Below are positions 1 through 11,869 of a stretch of DNA of 53,912 nucleotides, piece by piece (the stretch's first letter is position 1; every line of letters begins with the position of its first letter). The notes beneath the pieces are model-generated. The model was not told the DNA's origin. It did not search any database and was given only the letters and a program-made list of their open reading frames with translations. Location: positions 62,001-115,912 of the forward strand of contig MEDY01000041.1 of NCBI GenBank assembly GCA_001724265.1, written 5' to 3'. Source of the DNA: Rhizaria sp. SCN 62-66 (Eukaryota). The position numbers and the translations under genes are program-made.

Positions 1-853
1 CCCGTCTCTGCATATCAGTCTGCAGCTCTGTGGTGTAGTCTTGGAGCGCATGTGCCAGCGGGTACTCGCGCTCGGTGTCGTCGTAGTGCCGGTAGCGGAT
101 GCAGGCACCATCGCGCGGCACGCACAGCTCCACGCCGTACACCACGGGCTCGCCGAACAGGTCCGCCGCGTGCAGGTCGCCCATGCGCACTGGCAGCGCC
201 ACGTGCTGCTGCGGCTGCGGCTGCGGGTGCTGCAGTTGTTGCTGCCGCCCCGGCTGTCTCTGCTGCTGCGGGTCGCCGGCGGCGGCGTAGGCGGGTGCGA
301 GGCGCGCGAGCTGCGCCAGCCGCTCCGTGAGCAGAAACATGAACGCGTCGCGCAGCGTGCTTTGGTCCCACTCGGCGAGGCTGGGCGGAAGCCATAGGCG
401 GATGCGCACACGTTGCAACAGGAAGTCGGGCGCGTCGCGCGCGGGTTCCGGCGCCAGCACCGAGGCCGGGGGCGCCAGGCCCAGCGGCCGCACGGCCACA
501 GTCGCGGGCAGCGGGCGCAGGAAGAGCAGCGGGAACAGGCGGGCGGCGGCCGCGGGGCTGAGGTACACCGTGTCGTCGCGGGGAGGCCCGTTTCCGTCGG
601 CGCAGGAGTAGCGGGCGGCGACGGCCGGGGGGAAGCGGGTCGACAGCAGAAACGGGCATTCAGGCGCCGTGGGGTAGTTAGGAAACTGGAGCGCAATAAG
701 CCAGTTGTCGCGCGCGTTGCAGCTAAGGCGGGTGGCGTCAGTGAGGTAGACTATTGCGTCGTCAGCTGCGTTGGCAGAGGCATCGGTGCCCCATGCTGCA
801 GGGTCGAGCACGCTCAGACGCAGCGGACGGGCGTCCCAGACTTGCGCTGACAT
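1..853 (-). CDS. Partial gene running off the left window edge; possible N-terminal (CDC48/PEX1/PEX6/AFG2-like) domain of an AAA+ ATPase
   Basis: Not in the ORF track because it has no stop. ATG at 853-851 opens a stop-free frame to base 1: MSAQVWDARPLRLSVLD...DDTVYLSPAAAARL...VRIRLWLP...LPVRMGDLHAADLFGEPVVYGVELC. Codons are GC3-rich and AT-rich DNA lies upstream. The 'PVRxGD...F..V' and 'VYLS....L' segments loosely resemble CDC48-type N domains. The gene is well supported; the product call is weak. Confidence 0.55.
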   Translation of the reverse strand, partial: MSAQVWDARPLRLSVLDPAAWGTDASANAADDAIVYLTDATRLSCNARDNWLIALQFPNYPTAPECPFLLSTRFPPAVAARYSCADGNGPPRDDTVYLSPAAAARLFPLLFLRPLPATVAVRPLGLAPPASVLAPEPARDAPDFLLQRVRIRLWLPPSLAEWDQSTLRDAFMFLLTERLAQLARLAPAYAAAGDPQQQRQPGRQQQLQHPQPQPQQHVALPVRMGDLHAADLFGEPVVYGVELCVPRDGACIRYRHYDDTEREYPLAHALQDYTTELQTDMQRR

Positions 854-3831
854 CGTGCACAGAGAGGCAAGATACGTAGCCCTCTGACAATGCACGTAGA
901 CTAGCGAACGGCACTCTGAGGCAAACCTGTGTTGTTTGAAATGGGTGAGAAAAGAGGTCGTTGAGGGATGAGACATCACTGGATTGTAGCAGCATTTCAA
1001 CAGCTCCGATGTAGCTATAAGAGCGCCCACAGAAGATAATCAATAAAGGACAAATATAAAAGCTGAATTTAAAACATGACCCGGCTAAAAATTAAGATAA
1101 ATCGGCCGGTGGCACGTCGATAGTATTAGTTTTCCAAGCTGGACTGCAAGCGCCAAGGGACGCCGCGAGCCCACCACAAACGCAGCGAGAGATACATTTC
1201 TTGTGATATCTTATTAATTTCAATGTTGAATGTAAGATTGAGCGAGTCAGCCGTTTAACTTTCACAATATATGTATTTTATTGTACAAAATACACGTGCC
1301 TGCATGACTACAATATGAGTACAGCGCGATATGTTCGATGTGAAAGAGGAGAGTATCAAGAAAGCATGAGGATGGGCTAGCCGATGATTTACTAGGAGCA
1401 TTTTTCGAGAAGATAAAGTTAATCTTTGAACAATTTGATTGATTATTAGATACGTTGGGAACATGTGGTTTTATTGAAACGGCTTAGTCTGTGATCGAAT
1501 GTGCTTTTGTCGCAGGATATCGCATGGAAGTTCCACGCACTTCGGAACCTGTCCCCGCCTCGTGTCACAAACGACGTTCGCATTTGCCCAGCATGCAGCA
1601 ATGCAACAGAGTTGTTACGACCTCCACAGTTTCCATGACACGTCTTGGTGGCACCTTAGGCAGTTTTCCCCTACCGAACCACCAGCCGACGCACTCGGCG
1701 CGGACCGGATACTTTGCACGGCCGCCGCCGTACCCTTGCTCGTGACTGTGCCCGTGACCGTGGCTATGGCTGCGGCTGTGACCGTAGCAGTGGTCGTGAG
1801 GGAACGCACCCTCACCTCCGGATGCGTTCGCAGTGTGGCTGTGTGGCCATGACTGAAGCAGTCTCCGTGACTACGGTGCCACGGTCACAGTCACGGTCAC
1901 GGCCAGATCCGTAGCTAAGTTAGGCAGAATCGAGTGCACACAGAGCAGGAATGAGATTGTGGACAAATTCAGATCGTGGCGTTTGTACACACAACATATA
2001 TGTTGTATTACGAATGCTCAAAAAGACATCAGATGATATTCAGTGTTGATGCATTGCGTTTATCTTTATCTTTCGTGCTACACTCTCAACCTCAGATTGA
2101 TTGGTCGTCCTGCCAATTGCGTTGATTCTTGCTTGCTGCATATGCGTGGTCATCTTAGAGTCAGTACACACATGCAACCCATATATAGCTACGAGATAGT
2201 GCAAAAAACATCAGCTCCAGTTGCCACACCAGGAACAATATGAGAACAGACTCACAACATCACACACAGTGAAGGTGAGGCCAACAAGTAGAGGATCGAG
2301 TAATTGCTAGAGATGGATTGACCTGAGCCGAGTCAGCAAACAACGGTGACGGCAACAATTTGAATGCACGCAGTACAAACAGACCAGGCAGCAAAAACAA
2401 GTTGTAAGACAGAAGGAAACACAGCGCACGAAACAACGAACAAGACAGAAAAAAAAGATAGAAAAGAAAACGCCAAAAACTAAACAGACAAGGCTTCACG
2501 TCCATACGTTTGCTTGTGAGTGAATACTTCGAAGGTGAGAGTATTCTGGATCATACGATATAAACATACTATTTTCAACCGTGCACCGGTGTGTGGGAGA
2601 GAAAGCGTGCGCTTATTGATAGATTGCAAGAAGGAACACCATACCTAGGTACTGCAGAAACGAACTGATAACGACTAAAATACACCAACTCTGAGCGGGA
2701 CGCCGCAGAGTTTTGCAAAAGAGCGAACCAAAAGCAACAAAAGTGGAAACACAGCTGAAAGTGGGACATACGCACACAGAAACAATGTAAACAACTGTTA
2801 TTCTGTTTGTTGTACTTTGCCGCGCGTGTAAGTAACACATCATCGTGTCTTCGTTCTTGTCGCAGTTGCTCTTGAGATAGTCATATTATCGTTGTTGGTG
2901 GCATAGACCGAGTTATGAAGAAAAGCAAGCATTAGCAAACGCACACAAACATCCAACACACAAACATATAAAAAAAGGCATTTGTGAGATAATGCCAACA
3001 TAACGACATGACAAGCGCGAGGCAAAAGGAGAAAAAAGACATAATTATCATCAGGCTTACGGAATTGCAAGTCATACCAACATAAGACGAGATACGACAA
3101 AAGCAACGACAAACTACACTACAACATTAGCACCAGCACACAAACAATTTTACGGTGTGTTGTAACCCAAATAAGCGCACAGTGGGACGTAAATAAAAGG
3201 AAATGACAAAATAAGAACAGAGAGAGGCGCAGCGCCACAAGGCACTACGATTGAGAAAAGAAAAAGGTGTGTTAAACATACATGAGACTGACATACATCG
3301 ACAAAAACAATAAGAAGACGGCATAAAATGAAACAGGCGTCAAAGATGCAGAGACCGAGAAGAGACGGACAATGAGCATAGTTGTGACGCTAAGACAGAG
3401 AGCGCACATTTTTGGTCATTATTAATGATTATAGTAATTGAAAAAACAAAAAATCATGAGATTCCAAATCATGGTAATGGATTTACCGATGCGTATCAGA
3501 TGAGAAGATCCTGTTTTGGAGGTTTGCGGGCTAAATGCGGTGTTGATGATGAATATATTCTGATTATCAAACACGGGGTGAATGTAACGAAGAAAGAAAG
3601 GAGTTGATAGTTTTGAATTATTGTTGTCCACGTGATGTTCATACACTTTCAGACATTTATCGCGGAACAGGAAGAGAAGAACCTAAGGAACACAGAAATC
3701 AGCTGATCAGCAACGCAAAGTCAACGGCAGTACAGAACATCACAAGCGCATCGTAATCTCCATGTTAAGGGTAGGGCGACTCCTGGGTGCAAATAGGAAT
3801 AGTACTTAGTGCAAACTGTGTAAGTACCTCT

Positions 3832-6800
3832 TTAGTATGACGGAGCGAGTCCATAGCCAAGACCATCATACTTATTGACACTGCTGTTGGTGCCATTACC
3901 GTTACCGTTGCCGTTGTTGTTGTTGTTATTGCTGTTGTTGTACGCCGCGCCAACAGACATCAGCGCGTTGTGCGGCAGTGACCCAGGCGCCGCCATCAGC
4001 TCCTGACTATGGCTCTGGTCATGATTTTGGCCCTGCGCGTGACCGAGGTTCTGACCGAGGCTTTGACCAAGGTTCTGATTGTGAGCTTGAACCTGGAACT
4101 GCGCAGACACGGGCATCGCCTGCTGCGACTGCGGGGTGAGATCCCCGAGCGAGTCGAGACTCATCGCCGTCGTCATTGCCACCGTTGTGCCGGTCCCCGT
4201 GGCCGTGCCCGCGGTCGTCAGCGCCGCGGCCCCGCCGCCCGCGGCGCCGGGGCCCAGCGTGGTCCCGGTCAGACTGGCGACCATGCTGCCCACGGCGCTG
4301 CCGGAGTGGTGCGCGGACGCCGCGCCCGGGGACAGCAGCGTGTGGTTGCGCACCACCGCGCCGCCGTTGACGCTGATCGGGGTCGTGTTGCTGTCGTTGT
4401 TGCTGTTGCTGTTGTAGCCGCCGAACAGCTGCTGCTGGTGCTGCTGTTGTTGTTGCTGCTGTAGAAGCTGTTGCTGCTGCAGCGAGGCGTTGGCATTGTG
4501 CGTATAAGCGTATAACCCAGCGACATTGTTATTGTTGTTGCCGCCGCTCATATTGACGCTGTTGCCGTTCATGCCAGCGCCCGTCACAGAGTGCCCGTGC
4601 TGCGACAGCGGCGTCAGCTGGTCCACGCCGTTGCCACCGCCGCCACCGCCGACAGCGAGGCCAGAGGCCACAGCAGCGCCGACCGCGCCGAAGCCGCCGA
4701 GGCCGCCGATGGTGAGGTCGCCGAGCGCGAGCTCAAGCTGACACTGCGCCTGCTGTTGCGACTGAGACTGATTCTGCGGCGACTGCTGCTGCTGCTGCTG
4801 CTGTTGTTGCTGATGCGAGTGCTGCGGCTTGGTGTAGACCTGCGGCTGCGAAGGCGTCTGCGACTGAGCGTGGAGCGAGCTGCCCAGGCTAAAGGCGTTG
4901 CCGAAGTAGCTGATGTGACCCAAGCTGAGGCTGTGCGCGTGACCGGGGGGACCGTGGGACTGACCGAGGGCGTGGGCAGCGCGGTGTGCCTGCGCCTGCG
5001 CCTGTGCCTGAGCGTGCGATTGTGAGTTCGAGAGTGCGTGTGCGTTGTTGCTGTTGATGTTGTTGATATTATTTGCGTTAGAGCCACTTGGGTTATTCAT
5101 AGCAAGCAGAGTGTTGTTACTGGTATTGCTCATGTTCGCGTTCGTGTGAGCATGAGTATTCTGATTGTTGACGGTTCCATTCAGGTGATTATTATTTCCG
5201 CTGATATTGTTATTATTATTTACAGTCATCATCGTCGAGTTCACGCGGCTACTCTGCTGCTGTTGCTGCTGCAGTTGGACCGCATGTGGGTTGAAGCCCT
5301 GACTCTGATTTTGGCTTTGGTTCTGGTTCTGGTTCTGGCCGTGTAAGTGCGTGTGGATGTGCGTGTGGCTATGCGCAGGCGAGTAGCTATGGAGCCCCCC
5401 GCCGTTGCTGCGGCCATTGGAGTGGCCGTGGCCATGACCGCTCATAGAGTTCATCCCGAGCCCCAGGCTCGAGTACCCACCAAGGCCGCTCACAGCGTTG
5501 CCGCCAATGGCATTCAGGCCAACGCCAGCGCCAGCAGCAATTGCCCCTGAGTCAACGGCACCGAGCCCGAGAAGCGGACTAGCGTTGCCGTTGTTGTTAT
5601 TGTTGCCGCTGTTGCCGTTGCCGTTGTTGTTGTTGCCCATGGCAGCGTTGTTGTTGCTGTTGCCGTTGATGTTCATGCCGTTGTTGTTGTTATTGTTGCC
5701 GTTGGTGACGTGCGTGACCCCGCTGGTGCTGATTGGCGGCGTGAGGCCCTGGCTGAGGGTGCTCCCGTGGCCGAGCCCCAGCCCCAGCGGACCGACCAGG
5801 TGACCGTGGGCTCCGCCGGCACCGGGCGAATGGCTGTGACCATGGCCGTGAGCGTGACCATGGGCGTGCGCGTGGCCCTGCGCGTGCGTGAGGTACAGGT
5901 TGTGCAGGTGGTGGCTGCTGCCGTGATTCATGGCGCCGAAGCCGTGCGCAAAAGCCGTCAGCGTGTCAGCCGAGTACTTGTGCCCGGCGCGTCCCGGGGG
6001 CCCGTTGTGCACCGGCGGCTGCCCCAGGCTGCGCAGCGTCAGCGTGTCGTTGGGGTACGCGCCCAGCCCCGCACCCGCGCCCGCAAAGCCGCCTGCGAGG
6101 CCGAGCGCGCCGACGTTGAGGCCGGGCAGCGCTCTGTGGCCGCCGCCGCCGCTGCCGTTGCTGCCTGTGCTTCCCGTGGCGATGTGGATCGCCGGGGGCG
6201 ACAACAGAACGCTGCCACGGTCGTTACCGTTGTTGTTGTTACTGTACGCAGCATTGTTCGCGGTATTGTTATTAATGTTGTTGTTGTTGTTGCTCTGGCC
6301 CAGAGCGGAGGCGGCGCGCGAGTGTGCCCCACCGGAGCCGACGCTGCTGCCGCTGGCGGCCACGCTGACGCCGCCGACCCCGCGCAGCGCGGTGCCAGTG
6401 CTCACCAGCGCCGCGCCAGCGGTGCCGTTGCTGTGGCCGTTGCTGTTGTAGTTGTTGGCGGGGCGGGCGACGTAGCCGGGGAAGCTGCTGCCTGGCTGAG
6501 CAAACGCTGCAAGCGAGGCGGCCTCGGCGGCGCCGCCGGTGGGGCCCTGGGCCTGGGCCGCGCCGGCGCTGCTGTGGTAGAACCCGAGCCGGCTGTGGCT
6601 GAGGTCCGCTGCGTTCACCGTGTTGGCCGCGACAGACTGACCGTGGTTGTGGCTGTGGGTCGGACTGGGGCACAGCGCGGGCGGCTGCGGCGACACCGAG
6701 AGGCGGCCAGCGGCGGTGATGCTGTTGCCGGCGTTGTTGCCGCTTTTCTGCTGCTGGAGCTGTTGGATCTGCTGGTGCTGCTGCTGGATCTGCTGCTGTT

Positions 6801-7143
6801 GCTGCTGCAGCTGCTCGGTGAGCGCTCGCAGCGCCAGCTCCGTCCCGGAGGCTTCGTGACTGGTGTTCAGGTTGCTGTTACCGTTGAGAGGGACCGCGAG
6901 GCTGAGGCTGAGGCGGGAGAGCGCGGGCGTGCCGTCGCGCGGCGGGGGCGACATAGTCGTGCTGATCACCCCAGAGGTGCCCAAAACGCCTGAGGCACCC
7001 ATGAGTGCCGACTGCGAGTTGACCAGAGCGCCGGGGCTCGCCGGGGCAGCCTGCCGGTGCAGCATCAGGCCGTGGCCGTGGCCGTGGCCGTGGCTCTGCA
7101 TCAGCGGCTGCGGACTATGCGAGTGACCGTGAGCAGAGTACGA

Positions 7144-7179
<36 letters not shown>

Positions 7180-7667
7180 GGATGAGAGGTTTTGAAGATA
7201 ATGAAGCAACATCTCTTTCTGCTGCTGCTGCTGCTGTTGGTGCTGCTGCGCCGCATGCGTATCGGGCATCGAGTTGCCACCTTGGGCCCAGCCATACCAG
7301 TTGCCGCCGCCGCTGCCAGCGCCGTTGAGGCCTGGGTGGGCGCCCACCGCGGGGCTCGCGCCGCCGGCAGCCGCGGCGGCGCTGCTGTTCGCGACAAGCG
7401 CGGCTGCCACGGCGGCCGCGGCAGCAGCGGCGTTGCTGTTGTTGTTGTTGTTGTTGTTGTTGTTGCTGCCGCCACTGCCACTGCCGGTCGGACCCATGAG
7501 CGGGTAAGCCTGTGCTTGCGCCTGGGCTTGGGCCTGCGCATGAGCCTGGGCCAGCGACTGCGAGTAAGCGTACGACTGAGCCGGCTGGCTCAGACCGGCG
7601 GCGGACAGGGCCGCGGCGGTCATCGCTGCCGCTGCGGCGACCGAGTCTTGAGAAGACTGACCGTAGC

Positions 7668-7717
<50 letters not shown>

Positions 7718-8595
7718 CCCTGCGACAACCCCAACAGCGGCATCGCGAGCGGGAACATCACCTCACCGTTGGCGCCGGCGCCAGAGATGTTGTTGTTGTT
7801 GTTGTTGTTGTTGGAGGCCGTTGCGGCGGAGGCGGAGAAGACCGAGGTCGCAGACAGGGCGGGTGACGCGCGGGGCAGGCCCGCGGCGGCGGCCGCGGCG
7901 GCCACGGCGGCCACCATCGCCGCCGCTGCCGAGGCCGCGTTTGCACCGGCGCCAGCACCAGCGGCATTCGCGCTATTGTTGCTGGTAGTCCCGTTGCCGT
8001 TGCCGTTGCCGTTGCCGTTGAGGGGTGCGGTGGCGGGCGAGCCGTGGGCCTGCGCCTGCGCGACGGACTGGGCGAGCGCGCGCGCCTTCATCTTCTGCCG
8101 GTCTTTCTTGGTGCGGCCGATGTGGGCCTCCTGCTGCGAGCGCAGCGGCCACTGTAGGGGATGCAGACACTGGCACTCTGGCGACGGGCACGAGATGCCG
8201 GCCAGACAGCGGTGCGCGCGGCCCGCGCCGTGCTTGAGCGCGCAGGCGTAGTCGCGGCAGTTAGCGCCCTTGACGCAGCGCTGTGCAGACATTGCGGCGG
8301 CCTGCGCGTGGAACGGCCACTCGCGCGGATGCAGGCGCATGCAGATCATGTTGGAGCACGCCAGGCCCTGAGCGCACTTCCACTTGCGGATCGGGGCGTG
8401 CACCAGCGCGCACTCGTACACCGAGCAGTCCTCGCGGTTCGCGCAGTCGCGACCGGAGGGGTGACGGAAGGTGCAGCGCTTGCCCTTGCATTCAAGGCCG
8501 AAACGGCAGAGCGGCTCCTCGCCCTTGGCGTAGTGGCGGAACTTGCAGGTGCCGGCCGCGAAGCCGGCGCAGGACAGGCCATTCATGCATGGCGG
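3832..8595 (-). CDS. Tandem CCCH zinc-finger protein (six fingers, Nab2/ZC3H14-type spacing) with a ~1,400-aa Q/N/H/G-rich prion-like tail; probable RNA-binding protein
   Basis: Five C-x5-C-x4-C-x3-H fingers (e.g. CRFGLECKGKRCTFRH) plus one C-x5-C-x7-C-x3-H lie at the N-terminus, followed by polyQ, polyN and (HG)n tracts. The stop is TAA at 3834-3832. The main exon starts after the acceptor ctctccAG (8596), with a likely intron at 8744-8596 (donor GTACGC). The first in-frame ATG is at 8586; the true 5' end is uncertain. Confidence 0.8.
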
Positions 8596-9974
8596 CTGGA
8601 GAGATATAATCAAAGCGGAATAATGAAAAAAGAAAGGGCGTTATGAACAAAGTCGCAATACATGCTGTGGCAATCTGATATGCGTAGTGACGGAGAGTGT
8701 GATGCAGGATCAAGGTGGTAAGATGACAAGAAAGGGTGGCGTACCGAGCGCTGCTCATCAATAGGAGGGGAGGGGCTGCAGTTGTCTCGCTGAAGCTCCT
8801 GCGGCTCCGCAAGCCCCCCGAGGGCGCCAGGCGGTGACTCGGATATTGTGACACAGCGGTCCGGCCGCAAGGCACGGTCACGGGGGCGAGGACAAGGGGC
8901 GTTGAGAGAGGAGAGCAGACTTGGGGCGGTGACACGGGTTAAGGCGACCGCTTAGTACAGAGCTGATTTAAGAACAAATACGCGACGAAAAGCGGTTAAC
9001 AACGACAAGTTAGATAAATTAATAGTTAAGGCATGTGATATCTTGGCAATATGTTGAAATTGAGTATTTTGGCGTGTCGATGTGGGTGGCACGCGGATGC
9101 CACGCTGCATAGAGTTCTGGCGACCCGAACTATATCTGACGATATGTACAGGTAGATCGCAGTTACAGACGTGTTCCTATTTAATTTATGATCCATAACC
9201 AATTCTAAAACAATGTCCAGTATCATATTCGCAGATGAATATCGTCTTCGCGTATTATGCAAAATTTTTGAAGGCTGCTGATAGGCATCTCAGAGCTAGC
9301 ATCGGTGCCGCTGACGCGGCCACCGTCCCCACTCCACGGCTATTTCTAGTCACAGACAGCGAGGATAAATGCAAATTTCAATGTTGCACGAATATAATGT
9401 AGGATATTAGCGAAAATGTTGTGTGAGCGCGCAATTTTGTTGTATAGGCTATATTTGTTGCTGTGTATTAAGTTGATAGGTCCAAGGCCCGCTCAGGCAA
9501 GCATTTATGCCATCGGTGCCGCTATAAAGCAGGATATTAATGCAATATAGAGAAACTAAGCCACCGATAAATAATGTGCGCGTATCGCGCACACAACCTA
9601 AACGATTGTTTGATCTCTTTCGGACTTAGCATTGGCCAGATAAAGCCTCCGTGCATCCTACTGGACGCGTCGCACACACATCGAAGCGCGATCAACATAC
9701 ACATATTGAAGGATGATTTTCAAATCAAAGCTATTGTTGAGCTATATATCACATTTCTAAATACAAATCCACATGTTGTCATGCAAAATCCGGGCGCCAA
9801 CGCCTCTAGTTGCCGTTTGACGTTCGCGACCAATACAAGCATCGGATTTACTGCGATGCTGCCACAGCCCCAGTCGCAGCCATCGCCCCGCTCATAGTCA
9901 TCAGCATTAAGCTGACACTCGCGCTGACACTGAGTTCTGCCTGCTCACCGTCGCCGCGACTCACGGTCACGTCA

Positions 9975-10838
9975 TCACCGCTTGCCCACGGTCCCTGCGG
10001 TGGGCAGCCTGCGCCTCGCCCCGCCTTTGCCCCCCTCAGCACCAGCGCCGCCCGCAACGCCGCTGCGCTCGACGGCGACGTAGATAAACACCACGGCCTT
10101 GGCGGTCTTCTTCCCCGCCACGGTGCCCGCGCTCGCGGCCTCGGTGCGCGCGACCATCCCCAGCCGCGTGAGACAGCTGAGGCACTCGTTGGTGAAGATC
10201 GTCGTGCCCCGCGTCAGCGCCACCGCGCCCGCCACCGTCACGCCGCCCGGGGCCGCCCCGGACGTCGCCGCAGCGCCGGGCGCGGGGGCGGCCTTGGCGG
10301 CGCGCGTGGCGGCGAGGATGCCCTCGTAGAGGCGGAAGAGCGCGTCGCGCGCGGCCGCGTCGGACTGGAACTTGGGCGGCAGCTTAGCCAGGTCGAAGTG
10401 CGCGGCGATTGCGGGCAGCTGCTGCGCGGCCGCGCCGCCAACGCCGCGCAGCCCGCGCACAAAGCGGCCCTGCTGGCCGTTTGCAGTGGCACTCGAGCCG
10501 GAGGCGTTGCTTGTGTTGTCTTGGTTGGCGGGCGCGGCGAGCGCTGCCAGCGCGGCGTTGATGTCCTCAATGCGGCGTAGCGCGGCCTCGCGCGCGGCGT
10601 TATGCGCGGCAGCCTCAGCAATGTGGCGCGCCTCGGTAAGCGCGTCGATATCGGCGAAGGCGTTGCAGCTGGTAACGACTTCCATGGAGCCCAGGAAGGT
10701 GCGGAAGTTGGCATTGAAGCGCGCGAGCTTGGTCGTGGTGACGCGAAGAGACTCAAGCTTGTCGGTAAAAACTTCAAGGTCAGCGCAAGTCTGATCCATC
10801 ACACGTTCGATTCCCGAAAGGGGCACTTCGAGCGACAT
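9975..10838 (-). CDS. DAM1: DASH/Dam1 outer-kinetochore complex subunit Dam1-like protein
   Basis: The N-terminal helix DLEVFTDKLESLRVTTTKLARFNANFRTFLGSMEVVTSCNAF matches the Dam1 signature (L..FNESF.SFLYGL.MNAFCVDF). The C-terminal KLPPKFQ...LFRLYEGIL...GVT...CLSCLTRLGMV segment looks winged-helix-like. ATG 10838, TGA stop, no intron. Confidence 0.7.
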   Translation of the reverse strand: MSLEVPLSGIERVMDQTCADLEVFTDKLESLRVTTTKLARFNANFRTFLGSMEVVTSCNAFADIDALTEARHIAEAAAHNAAREAALRRIEDINAALAALAAPANQDNTSNASGSSATANGQQGRFVRGLRGVGGAAAQQLPAIAAHFDLAKLPPKFQSDAAARDALFRLYEGILAATRAAKAAPAPGAAATSGAAPGGVTVAGAVALTRGTTIFTNECLSCLTRLGMVARTEAASAGTVAGKKTAKAVVFIYVAVERSGVAGGAGAEGGKGGARRRLPTAGTVGKR

Positions 10839-11553
10839 CGTAGTGACGGCTGGGGAGGTGTACACGTAGAGGGCGAGCTTTGCTAACGGCTCTCGATCAG
10901 ACGGAGTAAGAGTGGTAGTCGCTGACGATCCTTAAAGGTAGATTTTAGAAAAATAATATAATTGTATAAAATAAAGCATAAGATATAATCGAGAAATGAA
11001 GATCGCATTTTGAATCGACGAGTTAATATGCCTGAATGGGGGATGGCAGGTCGGGCAATGTGGCCCACTGAAGAGGATGAGGAGTAATCCTTTTAGTCCG
11101 TTCCTAAAAATCAAAAACAATTTCGGTTGGCGCTGGTCGTCGCTGTGGCCTCGACAATGCTCGCACTGAACCAAGACAGATATCGCCGAATCGAACGTAG
11201 CGAGATTATGTCTTAAAGTGTTTTGGCATTTATTTGCAACGAATTATCTACTAACATTTGGTATATTGCGTCAGCGTGCGCGTGTGGTGTCATTTAAGGT
11301 CTTTTTGAAGGACAGGCACATGACTCATCAAATAACGAGTGTTTCCGCTTTCTATCCGGCGGCATTCGTCATAACTTGCACTTTCCCAGATTATACGCAC
11401 GGTTTCTTGCGCTTACTATTATGATTGGCACTGTGGCCAAGTCTTTTCTCTTGTGCGTTTCATCTCACACCGCCCCGTCCCTCGTTTCCACTCTTTCCCC
11501 CATTTGCCATTACACTTTCTCAATCTTGCCGAACTTAGGCAACGCGAGACACA

Positions 11554-11869
11554 ATGGCTGTTTCCCCCGTCTTCATCATCTTTGTCTTCCTCCTCCTCGC
11601 TGGTCTTGGTGTCACCGCGTTCGCTATCAAGATGAACGCCGCCCGCGAGGCTGCCGGCCTCAACAAGGTACGCCAGGCCATGATTGCCTGATCTTCATTA
11701 GCAGCGCCCGTTCACCCACAAGTGCTCAAAACACACTATCTCACACATTGTCATGCTTTCCCCTTTTATGCCTTGCCCCTTTCTACAACAACAGCCTGCT
11801 AAGAAGCTTGGCAAGCGCCAGCGTGAGCGTGAGCGCCGTGAGAACGCCGCTGTCAACCTCCTCGAGTAA
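11554..11869 (+). CDS. 62-aa single-pass membrane microprotein with a basic tail (S1FA-like architecture)
   Basis: Exons 11554-11667 and 11795-11869; intron GTACGC...caacAG. Product: MAVSPVFIIFVFLLLAGLGVTAFAIKMNAAREAAGLNK|PAKKLGKRQRERERRENAAVNLLE*. Codons are strongly C/T-ending. The ORF track missed it. Confidence 0.75.

Noticed and set aside
15-659. ORF-track 214-aa Arg-rich minus-strand ORF
   Set aside because: Wrong frame. The coding-like frame is the stop-free one starting at ATG 853.
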